Shown: in pieces, positions 38,157 to 48,337 of the stretch
Layout: every line of letters begins with the position of its first letter
How positions within the stretch are numbered: the first letter of the stretch is position 1
DNA from: a virus
Lineage: Duplodnaviria > Caudoviricetes
Strand: one strand, 5' to 3'
DNA: 64,000 nt
Virus record (IMG/VR): IMGVR_UViG_2595698952_000001
Span: 64,001 to 128,000 of that record
Notes under the pieces: generated by a model
Told to the model about the DNA's origin: nothing
Seen by the model: only the letters and a program-made list of their open reading frames with translations
The model's database searches: none
Translations under genes and position numbers: made by a program

Positions 38157-39524
38157 TTACGGTGTTGTGTCTTCCCACACCGCTTTACGGGCAAGCACAC
38201 GGTACTCAACGTTGTCGTACTCGAACACGTAGAAGTAAATCTCCGGGTTCGCGTCATCGACCAGTTTCACGATGTCCAAATCCGTCTGATACGGATGGTA
38301 CTCTTCGGCCGCGATTAACGCTTTGAAGAACAACTCGTACCATTCGGTGGTTGCTTTTGACATCCGGGCAATGTCCGGGTTAGTCGTGGCAATCAACGCG
38401 TAGTCAGGAATGGTTTCGTGCAACGTGGCTTTGCGCGTGTCGTTTTCAGGGCCAGAAATAACCACACCATTTAACGACTTATAGATGCTCGGCAAGTCCG
38501 TCACGTCAGTGGTGGGCTTCGGAATCACACCACTATTTTTGTCGGAAACCGTCAGTGCCTCCCACTCCCCAAACTTGCTGATTGCTTTGACCCAGAAATC
38601 ATATGGGAGGATGGGGGAGTATTGCGCTGCGATATCTTCCTCGTTCGGGATACCGCGGATTTTCCAGCCCGGCACGATAGTGAATTTCGTGGTGGTGAAA
38701 ATCTCGGGAAACACTTTAACGCCGAGTGGCACTGTAAAACTGGAGTTCGCTAAAATGTAATCACGTAACGCTTGTTTAATGCGGCTAGGGTTCTTCCCAG
38801 CGCGACCATAGATGATGACCGACATCGGAATAATCAGTGTCGCTTCATAATCTTCCTGGTCATGCCACGTATAATAATTCGTCTGAATATTGGTATACGG
38901 GAAGCCGTCCATAAGCTCATTAATCTTCTTATGGTGATCGGAAAGGTTAAAACTTTCCATCGCTTTTTCGACTACTGACTTCACAGCTAAAAACGTATCG
39001 ACCGGTAAAATCGGCATTTGGACTTCAATCTCAAAGCCGGTATAGTTCTGATCGAAATCTTCATCAGCAAACCAAACAATGATTTGGTTACTAACGTCGG
39101 TTGGGTCTTGCAGTTTACCTGCCGTCGTTTCCAGTTTCCAACTGACCCAGCGTGGGAACCAGTTGCTATTCGTCTGGACCATCGCCCCAGACTGAACACC
39201 GCTGATGGTGTTTTGGAACTGTCCAACCAGCAGTCGCTGGAATTCGATTTCATCGTTCTTCAAATTACCCAGGATGGCTTGATTGTAAATCCACTGAGTA
39301 ACGGTAAGAATATGGTCGGAAAACTCGGACGGCACCACAACCGTCGCTTCATCTCGCTTAGATGTAAACGTGACCAACTCCACCTGCAAATTGGATTTCG
39401 CAAACGTTTGTTTACTCTTAGCGTAGGATTTTGTCAGTTCGGACAGCTCACCCACCGGAGCGGTGACGCCGTCCACGTTGTCAAACAGAGCCGGTATCTG
39501 AATAAAGCCTTGTAAATCTAACAT
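38157..39524 (-). CDS. Putative virion structural protein (about 455 aa)
   Basis: GGAG RBS; N-terminal DNVDGVTAPVGELS resembles phiKZ-like structural proteins. Confidence 0.6.
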   Translation of the reverse strand: MLDLQGFIQIPALFDNVDGVTAPVGELSELTKSYAKSKQTFAKSNLQVELVTFTSKRDEATVVVPSEFSDHILTVTQWIYNQAILGNLKNDEIEFQRLLVGQFQNTISGVQSGAMVQTNSNWFPRWVSWKLETTAGKLQDPTDVSNQIIVWFADEDFDQNYTGFEIEVQMPILPVDTFLAVKSVVEKAMESFNLSDHHKKINELMDGFPYTNIQTNYYTWHDQEDYEATLIIPMSVIIYGRAGKNPSRIKQALRDYILANSSFTVPLGVKVFPEIFTTTKFTIVPGWKIRGIPNEEDIAAQYSPILPYDFWVKAISKFGEWEALTVSDKNSGVIPKPTTDVTDLPSIYKSLNGVVISGPENDTRKATLHETIPDYALIATTNPDIARMSKATTEWYELFFKALIAAEEYHPYQTDLDIVKLVDDANPEIYFYVFEYDNVEYRVLARKAVWEDTTP

Positions 39525-39548
39525 AATTAAAAACACTCCGAGGTGAGC

Positions 39549-40046
39549 ATGATAGCATCGTTTATCAAACTGCTTCCATTCTTGCAGATGCTATTGGAAG
39601 CTTTTAAACCGGGAGAAGGAGAGCAGGTCACCCGAGCTGGCAAAATTCTGACACTTGTTATCGTGGCACTTATTGCTTTTTCAGGCTTTGTCTCCTATGC
39701 CTATGTGGTTCAGTACCATGCACTAATCAGTGTGCAATCACATGATCAATACCTGGATTTGTCGTATAAAGAGTTAAAAGAGAAAGCGGACAAGCTCGGT
39801 GAGGAAAATGCCAAGCTGTACGACAGACTCTTTACCTGTCTTGGGCAAAGGCCGCCATATGAAGGCGACCATGCCAAGGATGAACCTGAGAAAAAACCAG
39901 AAGTGCCCGTAGCACCGACGGTTCCGGAAACGCCGGTCCACGCGGCTACACCTCCGGTTAAGAAGCAACAGGCGGCACAGCGTCCCGTGGGAGTACAAGA
40001 CGCGAACGAGTTCCGCCAAGAGATTCTTAGAACCCTCAATCAGTAG
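39549..40046 (+). CDS. Membrane protein; candidate i-spanin
   Basis: TM helix, coiled coil, single Cys and Pro-rich tail; directly upstream of a lipoprotein. Confidence 0.5.
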   Translation: MIASFIKLLPFLQMLLEAFKPGEGEQVTRAGKILTLVIVALIAFSGFVSYAYVVQYHALISVQSHDQYLDLSYKELKEKADKLGEENAKLYDRLFTCLGQRPPYEGDHAKDEPEKKPEVPVAPTVPETPVHAATPPVKKQQAAQRPVGVQDANEFRQEILRTLNQ

Positions 40047-40055
40047 GAGTCAACG

Positions 40056-40526
40056 ATGAAAGTTTTGCTGTTGGTTGGTGTGATGTTGCTTGTTGGGTGT
40101 AACATCGCACAACGTAACAGCGCTACGGTGCAAACCTCAACCGGCTGGCCTTTCCGGCAGCTGGATGAGCCACCTAAAGCACCGACGAATGTGTCTGGGG
40201 CAGCGGGGGATTTGGCCAAGAAACTTTATGTGGCCGATGTAAACGCGTACGCTTATTACGTTTACTTATATGCTAAGTCCTTGAACAACTACGCGGAGAC
40301 TCAAGGATGGCATCCGCCGATGGTTGCGCCTTTGTGCGAAGAGTTTATTTATCCCGAGGTACACGATATTCCGATGTCCATTGTTTTGGACGAACGTGCA
40401 CGTACGCCTCAAGCCATCAGCCGTGATTTGTCACGTCAGCTGAAGGTGTTGCTGATTAATTACCGTAACGATCGTAAAGCGGTTAAAGAAGCAGCATTGG
40501 CCCATAAAGCCACCTGTCTGAACTGA
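40056..40526 (+). CDS. Lipoprotein; candidate o-spanin
   Basis: Lipobox LLVGC; Pro-rich linker; extra Cys. Confidence 0.6.
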   Translation: MKVLLLVGVMLLVGCNIAQRNSATVQTSTGWPFRQLDEPPKAPTNVSGAAGDLAKKLYVADVNAYAYYVYLYAKSLNNYAETQGWHPPMVAPLCEEFIYPEVHDIPMSIVLDERARTPQAISRDLSRQLKVLLINYRNDRKAVKEAALAHKATCLN

Positions 40527-40530
40527 GTCA

Positions 40531-40570
40531 GTCCTCCTATGCCTTCGGGTGTAGGAGGACGCTCTTTTTT
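40531..40570 (+). terminator. Intrinsic terminator
   Basis: GTCCTCCTATGCC-TTCG-GGTGTAGGAGGAC plus T tract. Confidence 0.8.
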
Positions 40571-40609
40571 AACGTTTTTAGCCATCCTAATGTAACCCCT
40601 TATAAGGAA

Positions 40610-41356
40610 TTGAAAATCATGCTGCCAATCTATCCCAAGCCATATATGCCGACCATGCCCTCGATTGTTGTGGGGGCGGATGTTGAAACCCAATCCTTGC
40701 GTGACGATGCGTATATCATCGCCATGGGCCTTGTAGGCTTTGATATTCCGACCATGAAAATGGTAGGGTCGTTCTACAAGACGATTGACCCGAAAGATCC
40801 AAAGGCGATGGAAATCTTTCATATCGACCCATCAACGTTAGGTTGGTGGGAAGGTAAAGATAACCCGGATTACGCCCCGACTGAGCAGGCCCGTATTGAA
40901 GCCTTCTCAGGTACGGAAAAAATCGACCAGGTATTGTGGGAAGCGAAAAAGTGGCTGGACACCATTTCGGCCAACCACGAAATCGTCATTACCATGCGCG
41001 GGCCGGAATTCGACAGCCCGAAAATCATGAACGCGTTCCAGCAGTGCGATGTGCCTGCGGGCAAGTTCCGGAAGTTCTCTATTCTGGATTCTGACCGTAC
41101 CACTGAGCGACTGGCTCACGCGTTTGGCCTGGTGCCGAATCACACCGCAGAAGCCCATCACTGGACACGCGGTAAAGACGCCTACGAACACAATGCCGGT
41201 TTCGATGCAGCAAAAGAAGCGTACTGTACCGCTCGCATGTATCACCTCGCGCTCGTGGCGAAAACTTACGGCTTCGAAAGAATGCTGGAATGCCACAACG
41301 AGATGTGCAGCGGCGAATACGTTGCTCCGCAGTTGAGAAACCAGTTACAAGCTTAA
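40610..41356 (+). CDS. DEDDh 3'-5' exonuclease
   Basis: DVET (ExoI), GPEFD (ExoII), HNAGFDA (ExoIII). Confidence 0.8.
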   Translation: MKIMLPIYPKPYMPTMPSIVVGADVETQSLRDDAYIIAMGLVGFDIPTMKMVGSFYKTIDPKDPKAMEIFHIDPSTLGWWEGKDNPDYAPTEQARIEAFSGTEKIDQVLWEAKKWLDTISANHEIVITMRGPEFDSPKIMNAFQQCDVPAGKFRKFSILDSDRTTERLAHAFGLVPNHTAEAHHWTRGKDAYEHNAGFDAAKEAYCTARMYHLALVAKTYGFERMLECHNEMCSGEYVAPQLRNQLQA

Positions 41357-41366
41357 GAGAATAAGA

Positions 41367-42878
41367 ATGAGAGACGTCGATGTAGCTGTTATCTACACAG
41401 ACGGTAGCCACACATCTGCCCCGGTTGGTACCGGGGCAGGTATTCACGGTTACCTGTTTAACCACGGAGACTTGGAGCCGGATCACGGTTATCGTCACCC
41501 AAGTATCTCGGAAGCCATCACAACAGGAGGTTATAAGCAAGTTCCGAAAGACACCAAACTTCCGGACGTGCCTGAGTCTGTACAGTTCGTCGACGCTGTG
41601 GTACCGGTACCCAAAGAATTCTATTCTGACGTGGGTGAGTTAATTGCTTTCCTGACGTTGTTCGAGAGCGCACCGTTTCAGGCGCGCAATTACGTCATCT
41701 TCGTGGACGCCACGTATGTACTGAACACGTACAACGATTGGATTGACGGTTGGGCCAGGAACGGTTGGCGTCGTGCAGACGGCACCCCGATTGCTAACGT
41801 CGAGCTTATCAAACGTATCTGGGAAGTGAAGCAACGCCTTAAAAAGGAAGGTCGTGGTGTTAAGCTTCTTAAAATCAAAGGTCACTCTGGACGATACGGG
41901 AATGACCGTGCTGATGAAATGGCGCGTAAAGGCTCTGCAATCTCTGCAACCGGTGAAGGGGTCATGTACCAAGCCTATTGGTCACAAGACGAACTGCCGC
42001 AGTGTGCGGAACCGGAAGTCGTAGGCGCGGGTAACAACATGGCGGCGTATTCGCCGATTTGCACCATGAAGTATTGCTATCCGGTTGTTGAGGAAACACC
42101 ACCGACGGCCGAGGTCAAGGGTGAGACGTTCCACTATATGTTCGGGGGCAACCACGCAAAGAACAAAGACGACTTGGTGTTTATTGGGAAGATGATTCCC
42201 GAAGCCCACTTCGCGGTGCTCTTTACGAAAGAACCCTGGGACAACGTGTACACCATTGTGAACGCGCACAATCAGGAAGCCTGGGATAACGTACCGGTTC
42301 AACGACGTTATCAACCGGTCGCGGTACTGAACAACGAATTCGTCAAGCGTAAGAAGTTTGCCGAAGCGGCGAAAGACGGTATTCCGGTTTCGCAAATGCG
42401 GTTCAGTGAAGACAAGAACGTCTGGTTCTTTGATGACCTGGCCATTTCGCGAATGCTGCGTCCGCCGTTGTTGTCGTATCGGGCGTTGAAGATTCGTGAC
42501 GAGTTGGCGGGGTGGTTAAACGACTGTCTGACCGAACAGCCACGGGTGGTGATGAACGACATTACCGATATGCTGTATGACGAAAACGGCAAGCCACGCA
42601 AAGACTTCTACCGCTCGGTTGACCGTAGTTTCGACGTGCAGTTGAAAATCCCAGCGGGCAAAGTTGAGATTCCGATTATCCTCACGCGTTCAATCGACAT
42701 CCCTTCGCGTACGGAGCTGAACCGTATCAAAGAACCGGAAGGGCGTTTCTACGTGGCCGTAACGCGTCCACAGGAACGCTACATCGAGTATGCGATTGTG
42801 TATGTTGGGAAAGAGTATCATGGGTTGTGGTGTGCGTACTACGCCAACAAACGCATCCTGAACGACAAAGAGGTGTAA
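41367..42878 (+). CDS. rnhA: Ribonuclease HI with long C-terminal extension (phiKZ-like)
   Basis: IYTDGS, GELIA, VDATYV, WARNGW, IKGHSG.YGNDRADEMA. Confidence 0.9.
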   Translation: MRDVDVAVIYTDGSHTSAPVGTGAGIHGYLFNHGDLEPDHGYRHPSISEAITTGGYKQVPKDTKLPDVPESVQFVDAVVPVPKEFYSDVGELIAFLTLFESAPFQARNYVIFVDATYVLNTYNDWIDGWARNGWRRADGTPIANVELIKRIWEVKQRLKKEGRGVKLLKIKGHSGRYGNDRADEMARKGSAISATGEGVMYQAYWSQDELPQCAEPEVVGAGNNMAAYSPICTMKYCYPVVEETPPTAEVKGETFHYMFGGNHAKNKDDLVFIGKMIPEAHFAVLFTKEPWDNVYTIVNAHNQEAWDNVPVQRRYQPVAVLNNEFVKRKKFAEAAKDGIPVSQMRFSEDKNVWFFDDLAISRMLRPPLLSYRALKIRDELAGWLNDCLTEQPRVVMNDITDMLYDENGKPRKDFYRSVDRSFDVQLKIPAGKVEIPIILTRSIDIPSRTELNRIKEPEGRFYVAVTRPQERYIEYAIVYVGKEYHGLWCAYYANKRILNDKEV

Positions 42879-42879
42879 G

Positions 42880-43614
42880 ATGAAGCGAATCGTGAGTGAG
42901 TCACTCACGCTCCACGCACAGAGCCTGATTAAGTGTGTAGAGAAGTATGGGTGGGATTCATGGTTAAGCCATTTACGCCTGATGGACGATACCGTCGAGC
43001 GTGATTGGGACAAACTGGAAGCAGTGGGTGCTGAGGCTGCTCGCGACGTTGTGGCTGAACTGGTAACGGATACCATTGCTCGATACAACGCCCGTTGCGA
43101 TGAACCCATTCCCAAAACTGTACCGCCCCAGATTCCGGCATTGCCAACCATTGACCGGCAAGCGTGCCGTATCTGGACGATGGAGGAGTTGTACGACGAG
43201 CACATCCGGATGCTTAAGCCGGACGTGTTAATCACCGGAGCATTGAACTGGTACCTCACCCGTTTCTGGTCTGAACTGTGCAATATCGGCAACGACTGGG
43301 ACAACGACCCGCAGCTTATCTGGTACGATCGCCAGCATTTCCATGAATCACTGAAAAGCGGCACAATTTGCCCGCTGTACGTCATTACCAGCCCGCAACA
43401 GCTGCACTTCATTACCGAGGCGGATACCTACGGTGGGTTGGTTGAGGCGGTTGCTGAGAAACCGATGGGGTTCTTTAAGCAGGGTGAAGCGTGGGTGCTG
43501 ACGGATGACATGGCCGGGTATCTGATTGACCCGGATGATTTGCATTCTGATGACGATGACTTTATCGAATATTGGGTGTTAACACCGGAAGCCCTTCAAA
43601 AAACTTTCAAATAG
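42880..43614 (+). CDS. Hypothetical protein
   Basis: GAGGTG RBS. Confidence 0.7.
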   Translation: MKRIVSESLTLHAQSLIKCVEKYGWDSWLSHLRLMDDTVERDWDKLEAVGAEAARDVVAELVTDTIARYNARCDEPIPKTVPPQIPALPTIDRQACRIWTMEELYDEHIRMLKPDVLITGALNWYLTRFWSELCNIGNDWDNDPQLIWYDRQHFHESLKSGTICPLYVITSPQQLHFITEADTYGGLVEAVAEKPMGFFKQGEAWVLTDDMAGYLIDPDDLHSDDDDFIEYWVLTPEALQKTFK

Positions 43615-43621
43615 ATATTAT
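43608..43621 (+). promoter_or_regulatory. Putative early promoter (CAAATAGATATTAT)
   Basis: Recurrent motif upstream of the 43655 gene cluster. Confidence 0.5.
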
Positions 43622-43654
43622 CTGTACGACCAGCACCACCTTAAGGAGTATGTA

Positions 43655-44389
43655 ATGCTAAAGGTACAGGTGCCACAATTGCAGAAAATCAACCCCTCGT
43701 TATTCGAGGGGCTTTTCTTTAAATTTTGGCCTCACTATTTCCGTAATGAATTGCAGGGCAATCTGAACTGGGGACTGCTGCAAAGCGAGTTCTTTTATAC
43801 CGGTCAGAGTATTGCCATCGCGGTCTATTCCGGAATGCTGCGTGAGCTGTTCGACGCAGTTAATCTTGGACGGTCGCCTAACTTCCAGCGTCTGGATGTC
43901 GATTTAGCGATGCATTTCGACGCCTATGAAGCGGATGATGTCGGTACGCCATACGGGTTTGAAAACGATGTTGTAGAAAGTCAAATCTACGGGTGGTTAG
44001 ACAGCTATTCCACCTGGCTGATGTCAAATGAGATGTTAGTGAAAGTCACGCAGGTTTTCGAGGCAGTGTATAACGACTTGAAAATCATCAAAGAGCAACA
44101 CGGTCTCCTCGGCTACTGGTACGAGTTTTATACCACGGAATCTAAACTATGGGAATCCAACTCGTTTGCGATTGGGATTCAAGAAGGGGACTTTGAGGCT
44201 ATCTATTACGGTCCGTGGCAAGGTCACGCCGGTGATGAGTTTTATAACCGGATGGATGTCCATTCGTGGGAGTTCTTTTTATCCGACGGTAAGTTGTATT
44301 TGGAAGACGGGGCAACCCAGATTCCGGTCGGTCAGATGACGACAATGTGTCGACTGAATGACCTTGTAGGTAAGATGATAAACTTTTAA
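43655..44389 (+). CDS. Hypothetical protein
   Basis: TAAGGAG RBS. Confidence 0.75.
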   Translation: MLKVQVPQLQKINPSLFEGLFFKFWPHYFRNELQGNLNWGLLQSEFFYTGQSIAIAVYSGMLRELFDAVNLGRSPNFQRLDVDLAMHFDAYEADDVGTPYGFENDVVESQIYGWLDSYSTWLMSNEMLVKVTQVFEAVYNDLKIIKEQHGLLGYWYEFYTTESKLWESNSFAIGIQEGDFEAIYYGPWQGHAGDEFYNRMDVHSWEFFLSDGKLYLEDGATQIPVGQMTTMCRLNDLVGKMINF

Positions 44390-44405
44390 CCCATTAGGAG
44401 CATGT

Positions 44406-44783
44406 ATGATTCACGCAGAAATGAAAGAACTGATTCAGAACAACCTGGACGCTGGCCTGGTACTCTACGTTGTTCATCCTGAACTGAAACAAGAATGGTT
44501 GCAGGGTCAAATGACTGACCTGCGTTGGGCCGTACTGGACACCGATGGTCGCACTTCCATTACCGACATGGGGCGGATGCTACGCCAAACCGCACTTGAA
44601 GCAAATAAGTTGGTACAAGTGCGCACCACACAAAACGAACCACATATCCGCTTTGCCAATGAAGCCGATGTAGTGGTTTTAGTTGGCTTCGCGGAAGAGA
44701 ACGTACCGTTCTTCGGTGAGAACGTCATTATCTCGAAGTTCCGTACTGTTCAAGAAATTCCCCGTAAAGTGTTCCCGATTTGA
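44406..44783 (+). CDS. Hypothetical protein
   Basis: AGGAG RBS. Confidence 0.7.
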   Translation: MIHAEMKELIQNNLDAGLVLYVVHPELKQEWLQGQMTDLRWAVLDTDGRTSITDMGRMLRQTALEANKLVQVRTTQNEPHIRFANEADVVVLVGFAEENVPFFGENVIISKFRTVQEIPRKVFPI

Positions 44784-45601
44784 AACGGGTCAAGATGTAC
44801 GCGTTGTTGATGCTGGATGATTGGTTCCAGCACCAAACGACGAACAAGAAAGCGGCGAAAATCGCGTACTTCGTCATGGGCAAAGTTATTAGTGAACTGC
44901 GTTGGGATCACTCGTCTTTCTTCGAGCAGTTACTGCGGGGATTGTGCCACGATTTCGACAACTGGGACTACAGCATTAAACGTAGCCTGTTGTTTGATGC
45001 TTGGTGGGAGGTCTCCGAAGAAAACGAATCGTGGTTTAAGCGCGATACCGAAGAAGCGAGTCGCATTATCACCAAAATGTTGTTCGACCCGTCTGACCCT
45101 CGGCAGTTGCGGATTCATAACCGCATGTACCAGATGGGTGAGAACTGGTTGTGGGCCACGCAGGAAGTCGCTGCGGCTTTAGACAGTCCGGTTTCGCTTG
45201 CCTCCTACGAAGACCTACAAGCACACAACTTGTGGTTCGGAGGGGAGGAAGAAGAGTACGGCGATGCTGTTGTGGAGCTGTATCTCTATCCTGAGGATGA
45301 AGATTGGCCTGCACTCATTGCCAAGTACCCCACCGAAGACTACGTCTGGTTGGTACGGGGTGTATTCTGGGAACCGGTGCTCGATGTGGTGTGCCACAAA
45401 GGGGTGACGATTCTCGACCGGTCAGTGATAGTGCAGCAGATGATTAGGAATATCGGTTATGATGACGGTTTACAGTCAGTCTTTGCTCGAAGTTCAGAAA
45501 TGGTTCGAGACCTGCGAGACAACATCGAGACGGGGAACTCTCTATCTCCTGATAGCGGAACTGATGATCAACAGCACGCTGACGATAATCAGCAAAGTTG
45601 A
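44780..45601 (+). CDS. Hypothetical protein
   Basis: Overlap-coupled ORF. Confidence 0.65.
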   Translation: MKRVKMYALLMLDDWFQHQTTNKKAAKIAYFVMGKVISELRWDHSSFFEQLLRGLCHDFDNWDYSIKRSLLFDAWWEVSEENESWFKRDTEEASRIITKMLFDPSDPRQLRIHNRMYQMGENWLWATQEVAAALDSPVSLASYEDLQAHNLWFGGEEEEYGDAVVELYLYPEDEDWPALIAKYPTEDYVWLVRGVFWEPVLDVVCHKGVTILDRSVIVQQMIRNIGYDDGLQSVFARSSEMVRDLRDNIETGNSLSPDSGTDDQQHADDNQQS

Positions 45602-45890
45602 TAAGCAGGTCGACTTCACGCCGGGCGAATACCGTGAGGTATTAGAGGCGTTGAAAGAGAAGTATCGGGGAATGGCAGACGCGGATATGTGGCGGGAGGC
45701 GGATAAGCATTTTACTAACCTGCTCTCCGCCCAGCCCCGTTTAATCGAGCAGTTTCTGAAAGAGCTGATTAGCACTAACCATCACGGTGTTGGCATGGTG
45801 TACAATGCTAAAGACCTGGTGAGTTGTTGTTATCGCCTGCGGCAACCGGCGGATGTTGTAATTGATAACTTGGCCTTAAGGAGTATGTAA
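45459..45890 (+). CDS. Hypothetical protein
   Basis: ORF coupled to 45890; start uncertain. Confidence 0.55.
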   Translation: MMTVYSQSLLEVQKWFETCETTSRRGTLYLLIAELMINSTLTIISKVDKQVDFTPGEYREVLEALKEKYRGMADADMWREADKHFTNLLSAQPRLIEQFLKELISTNHHGVGMVYNAKDLVSCCYRLRQPADVVIDNLALRSM

Positions 45891-46426
45891 TGCGCCTGAT
45901 AGTTGACTTTGCGTTAAGCGCCTCGCGGAATAATTTAAACATTGCTCTAACCGCTCTGCGTAAAGAAGTTCAATTTGAGCTGCATGATAAACTGGCGGAG
46001 TATGAAAATAAGTATTCCGAGGAACAGGGCGGTGAAGAGGTTGCTATTCTTGATGTGGACGCAATGGTTAACTCATTGATCGGACAGATGGAAGACGCAC
46101 TGATGTCGGTTGTCCACTATCCGCACATCCTTCGCGTCAACGACGCCCAGTCCGAAATCGAAACGGTAATGAACGAGGCTTTCCGTCGCGCCGTTGAAAC
46201 GATTACACGTATACGTAAAACCGACGTGAAAGAACTTTACGTTTCTATTATTCGTAAAGATGGAAACATGGTAATCAACGATACTGTAACGTGGCCAGAC
46301 GTATTAGATGATGAAGTGATTCTCCGTCTGAATAACATATTCAGGCAGGCACAGACGAAAGTTATCGATATTTGCCAAAGCGAACTACATTACTTAGCGG
46401 TTATGTACGATAAGGAGTTGGAATGA
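45890..46426 (+). CDS. Hypothetical helical protein, tandem paralogue 1
   Basis: MRLIVDF start; TAAGGAG RBS. Confidence 0.75.
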   Translation: MRLIVDFALSASRNNLNIALTALRKEVQFELHDKLAEYENKYSEEQGGEEVAILDVDAMVNSLIGQMEDALMSVVHYPHILRVNDAQSEIETVMNEAFRRAVETITRIRKTDVKELYVSIIRKDGNMVINDTVTWPDVLDDEVILRLNNIFRQAQTKVIDICQSELHYLAVMYDKELE

Positions 46427-46941
46427 AAATTTACTTTAACCTGACGGACGACAGTCTGAGAGAGCTGTGGCCTAAAGCCATGAATAACTTGCGTAATGTT
46501 GTTCATGACATGGTCAAAGCCCACATGGAGCCGGAGCTGGAATACTACAGCATGACGGTCACCAATACCGTGTTGGGTGAAGTCTACTGGCGGGCGGGTG
46601 AGCTGTCGCGTAACATCGGCATGTTCGAATACGACAGTTCCGATTTGGTTGACGGGAACATGGAGAAGCAGATCAGCCGATTTACCATGGAGCTGAAAGT
46701 CGATGAAGTAATCGATAACATCGGTAAACACTTCAATGACAAAGAGGCGCGGGAGAAGTGGCTCAATGAGCAGACTTCCGAAGACCGTTCTATCGAAGCG
46801 CTGCGTACCTTTAAGTGGGATGAATTCTACCCGCTGTATATCGGTGCGGTGTCCAGCGCGTTACGCAGTATCGAAGAGGAAATCTGGAAGAGTATCGTGG
46901 ATACGGTCAATCGCCTGGTTATCCAAATCGAGAAAAAGTAA
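46423..46941 (+). CDS. Hypothetical helical protein, tandem paralogue 2
   Basis: MKIYFNL start; TAAGGAG RBS. Confidence 0.75.
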   Translation: MKIYFNLTDDSLRELWPKAMNNLRNVVHDMVKAHMEPELEYYSMTVTNTVLGEVYWRAGELSRNIGMFEYDSSDLVDGNMEKQISRFTMELKVDEVIDNIGKHFNDKEAREKWLNEQTSEDRSIEALRTFKWDEFYPLYIGAVSSALRSIEEEIWKSIVDTVNRLVIQIEKK

Positions 46942-47435
46942 TGCGTATTTTCGTGGACATCAACACGACCAATGTTTACGATGCGTTCTCGCTGGGGTTC
47001 GAAGGTATATTAGAGCGAACCCTGGCACACCATCGTACATTAGTTGCTAACCACCACAACGAACGCGTGAGGGTAAATGCAGAGTATTACCGCTCGGTTG
47101 TGTACGAGAATCATCTGTCCTCGATTCTCTACAAAGCCTTTGGTAATTTTAATTCTCTCATCTCCTATCAACTACTCTGCATCAATACCGAACAACAGAT
47201 GGTGAAAGACGATGACATTGTTGAACGTTTAACAAACATGGCGCTGTCTGATACTGTCCGGGAACTGGTGAAGTTCGATGAGCAGGATAAGCTGGAGTAT
47301 CATCTGTTTGATGAGGACGTCATGGATTTACTTTACGGCGAACTCGACGAATTCCGTGATGAGTTAATTCGTGTTATTCGTGCAGAGGTCAATGACGCTC
47401 TGACCGCCGCGATTGTCTGGGTGAAAAATAAATAA
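46941..47435 (+). CDS. Hypothetical helical protein, tandem paralogue 3
   Basis: MRIFVDI start; TAATG coupling. Confidence 0.75.
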   Translation: MRIFVDINTTNVYDAFSLGFEGILERTLAHHRTLVANHHNERVRVNAEYYRSVVYENHLSSILYKAFGNFNSLISYQLLCINTEQQMVKDDDIVERLTNMALSDTVRELVKFDEQDKLEYHLFDEDVMDLLYGELDEFRDELIRVIRAEVNDALTAAIVWVKNK

Positions 47436-47438
47436 AGG

Positions 47439-47479
47439 CTACCCACTCCGCAGGGAGTGGGTAGTACCTTTCTTTTTTT
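47439..47479 (+). terminator. Bidirectional intrinsic terminator
   Basis: CTACCCACTCC-GCAG-GGAGTGGGTAG plus T tract. Confidence 0.8.
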
Positions 47480-47481
47480 GT

Positions 47482-48237
47482 TTATTTTTTGTTTGATTTC
47501 AGCTCTTTCAAGCGCTCACCGGTGGTGTTCAAACATTCAATCATTTCGTTAACCTGTTTCATGAACAGGCCAAACAGTTCAACCCAGTCGCTACCACAGT
47601 CAACCATCAGCACCAACTCTTTCGCGACGTTCGGGTGCACCGTTGCATTTGCAATGATGTCCACAGAAGCGTGGATAGATTCGATGGTGTTATCGACGTT
47701 GGTGCGCAGCTTTTTAGTCAGTTCCAGGTTCAGGGCTTTCGCGCGGTTAAACGCAATGTCAATTTCGCCTGCACTGTGGAACGTCTTTTCAATCGCCCGT
47801 TGGTCGATGACGTTATTGGTATAGGACTTGGAAAGCTTTTCGACCAGGTCTTTGGGGTTGATGTTTTTCAGTGGGAACTTCACGTCTTTATAACGGAAAC
47901 CCACAGGTAAAGACAACATTCCCACTTCGTGTGTAAGGGCCGATAATTGTTTGTCGATAGGACGCAGAACGCCGTCATGGATTTTCTGCAATGTGTCCCA
48001 GACGGATTCCAGTCTTTCAATATGATCCATGGCGTACGTATTGAAGCCTGGTGGTACAGAGACCAACATGCCGGTGAAGTTCAGGAACTTCTCTTGCTGC
48101 ATCCACTTGGAGACATCAGACATGTCGTCATACGTGGTCAGTGCCAGTTCCTGTTGCGGGCCGGTAAAGCCTTTCGGCAGAATCGCTGCGGCTTTGGAGA
48201 CAAAGCCTGACAACGCCTCAAGTGGATTAACATTCAT
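47482..48237 (-). CDS. Putative late/virion protein (251 aa)
   Basis: GAGG RBS; TAGTATG motif upstream at 48270-48276. Confidence 0.6.
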   Translation of the reverse strand: MNVNPLEALSGFVSKAAAILPKGFTGPQQELALTTYDDMSDVSKWMQQEKFLNFTGMLVSVPPGFNTYAMDHIERLESVWDTLQKIHDGVLRPIDKQLSALTHEVGMLSLPVGFRYKDVKFPLKNINPKDLVEKLSKSYTNNVIDQRAIEKTFHSAGEIDIAFNRAKALNLELTKKLRTNVDNTIESIHASVDIIANATVHPNVAKELVLMVDCGSDWVELFGLFMKQVNEMIECLNTTGERLKELKSNKK

Positions 48238-48269
48238 ACTCTTAACCTCGGAAATAGGGGATTGGGCTA

Positions 48270-48276
48270 CATACTA
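48270..48276 (-). promoter_or_regulatory. Putative late promoter (TAGTATG)
   Basis: Fourth copy of the motif. Confidence 0.5.
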
Positions 48277-48337
48277 AAGTCTTTTTACGTATTACCCAAA
48301 CCTTATGAACGAGCCTAACCTATAAGGTAACAACTCG

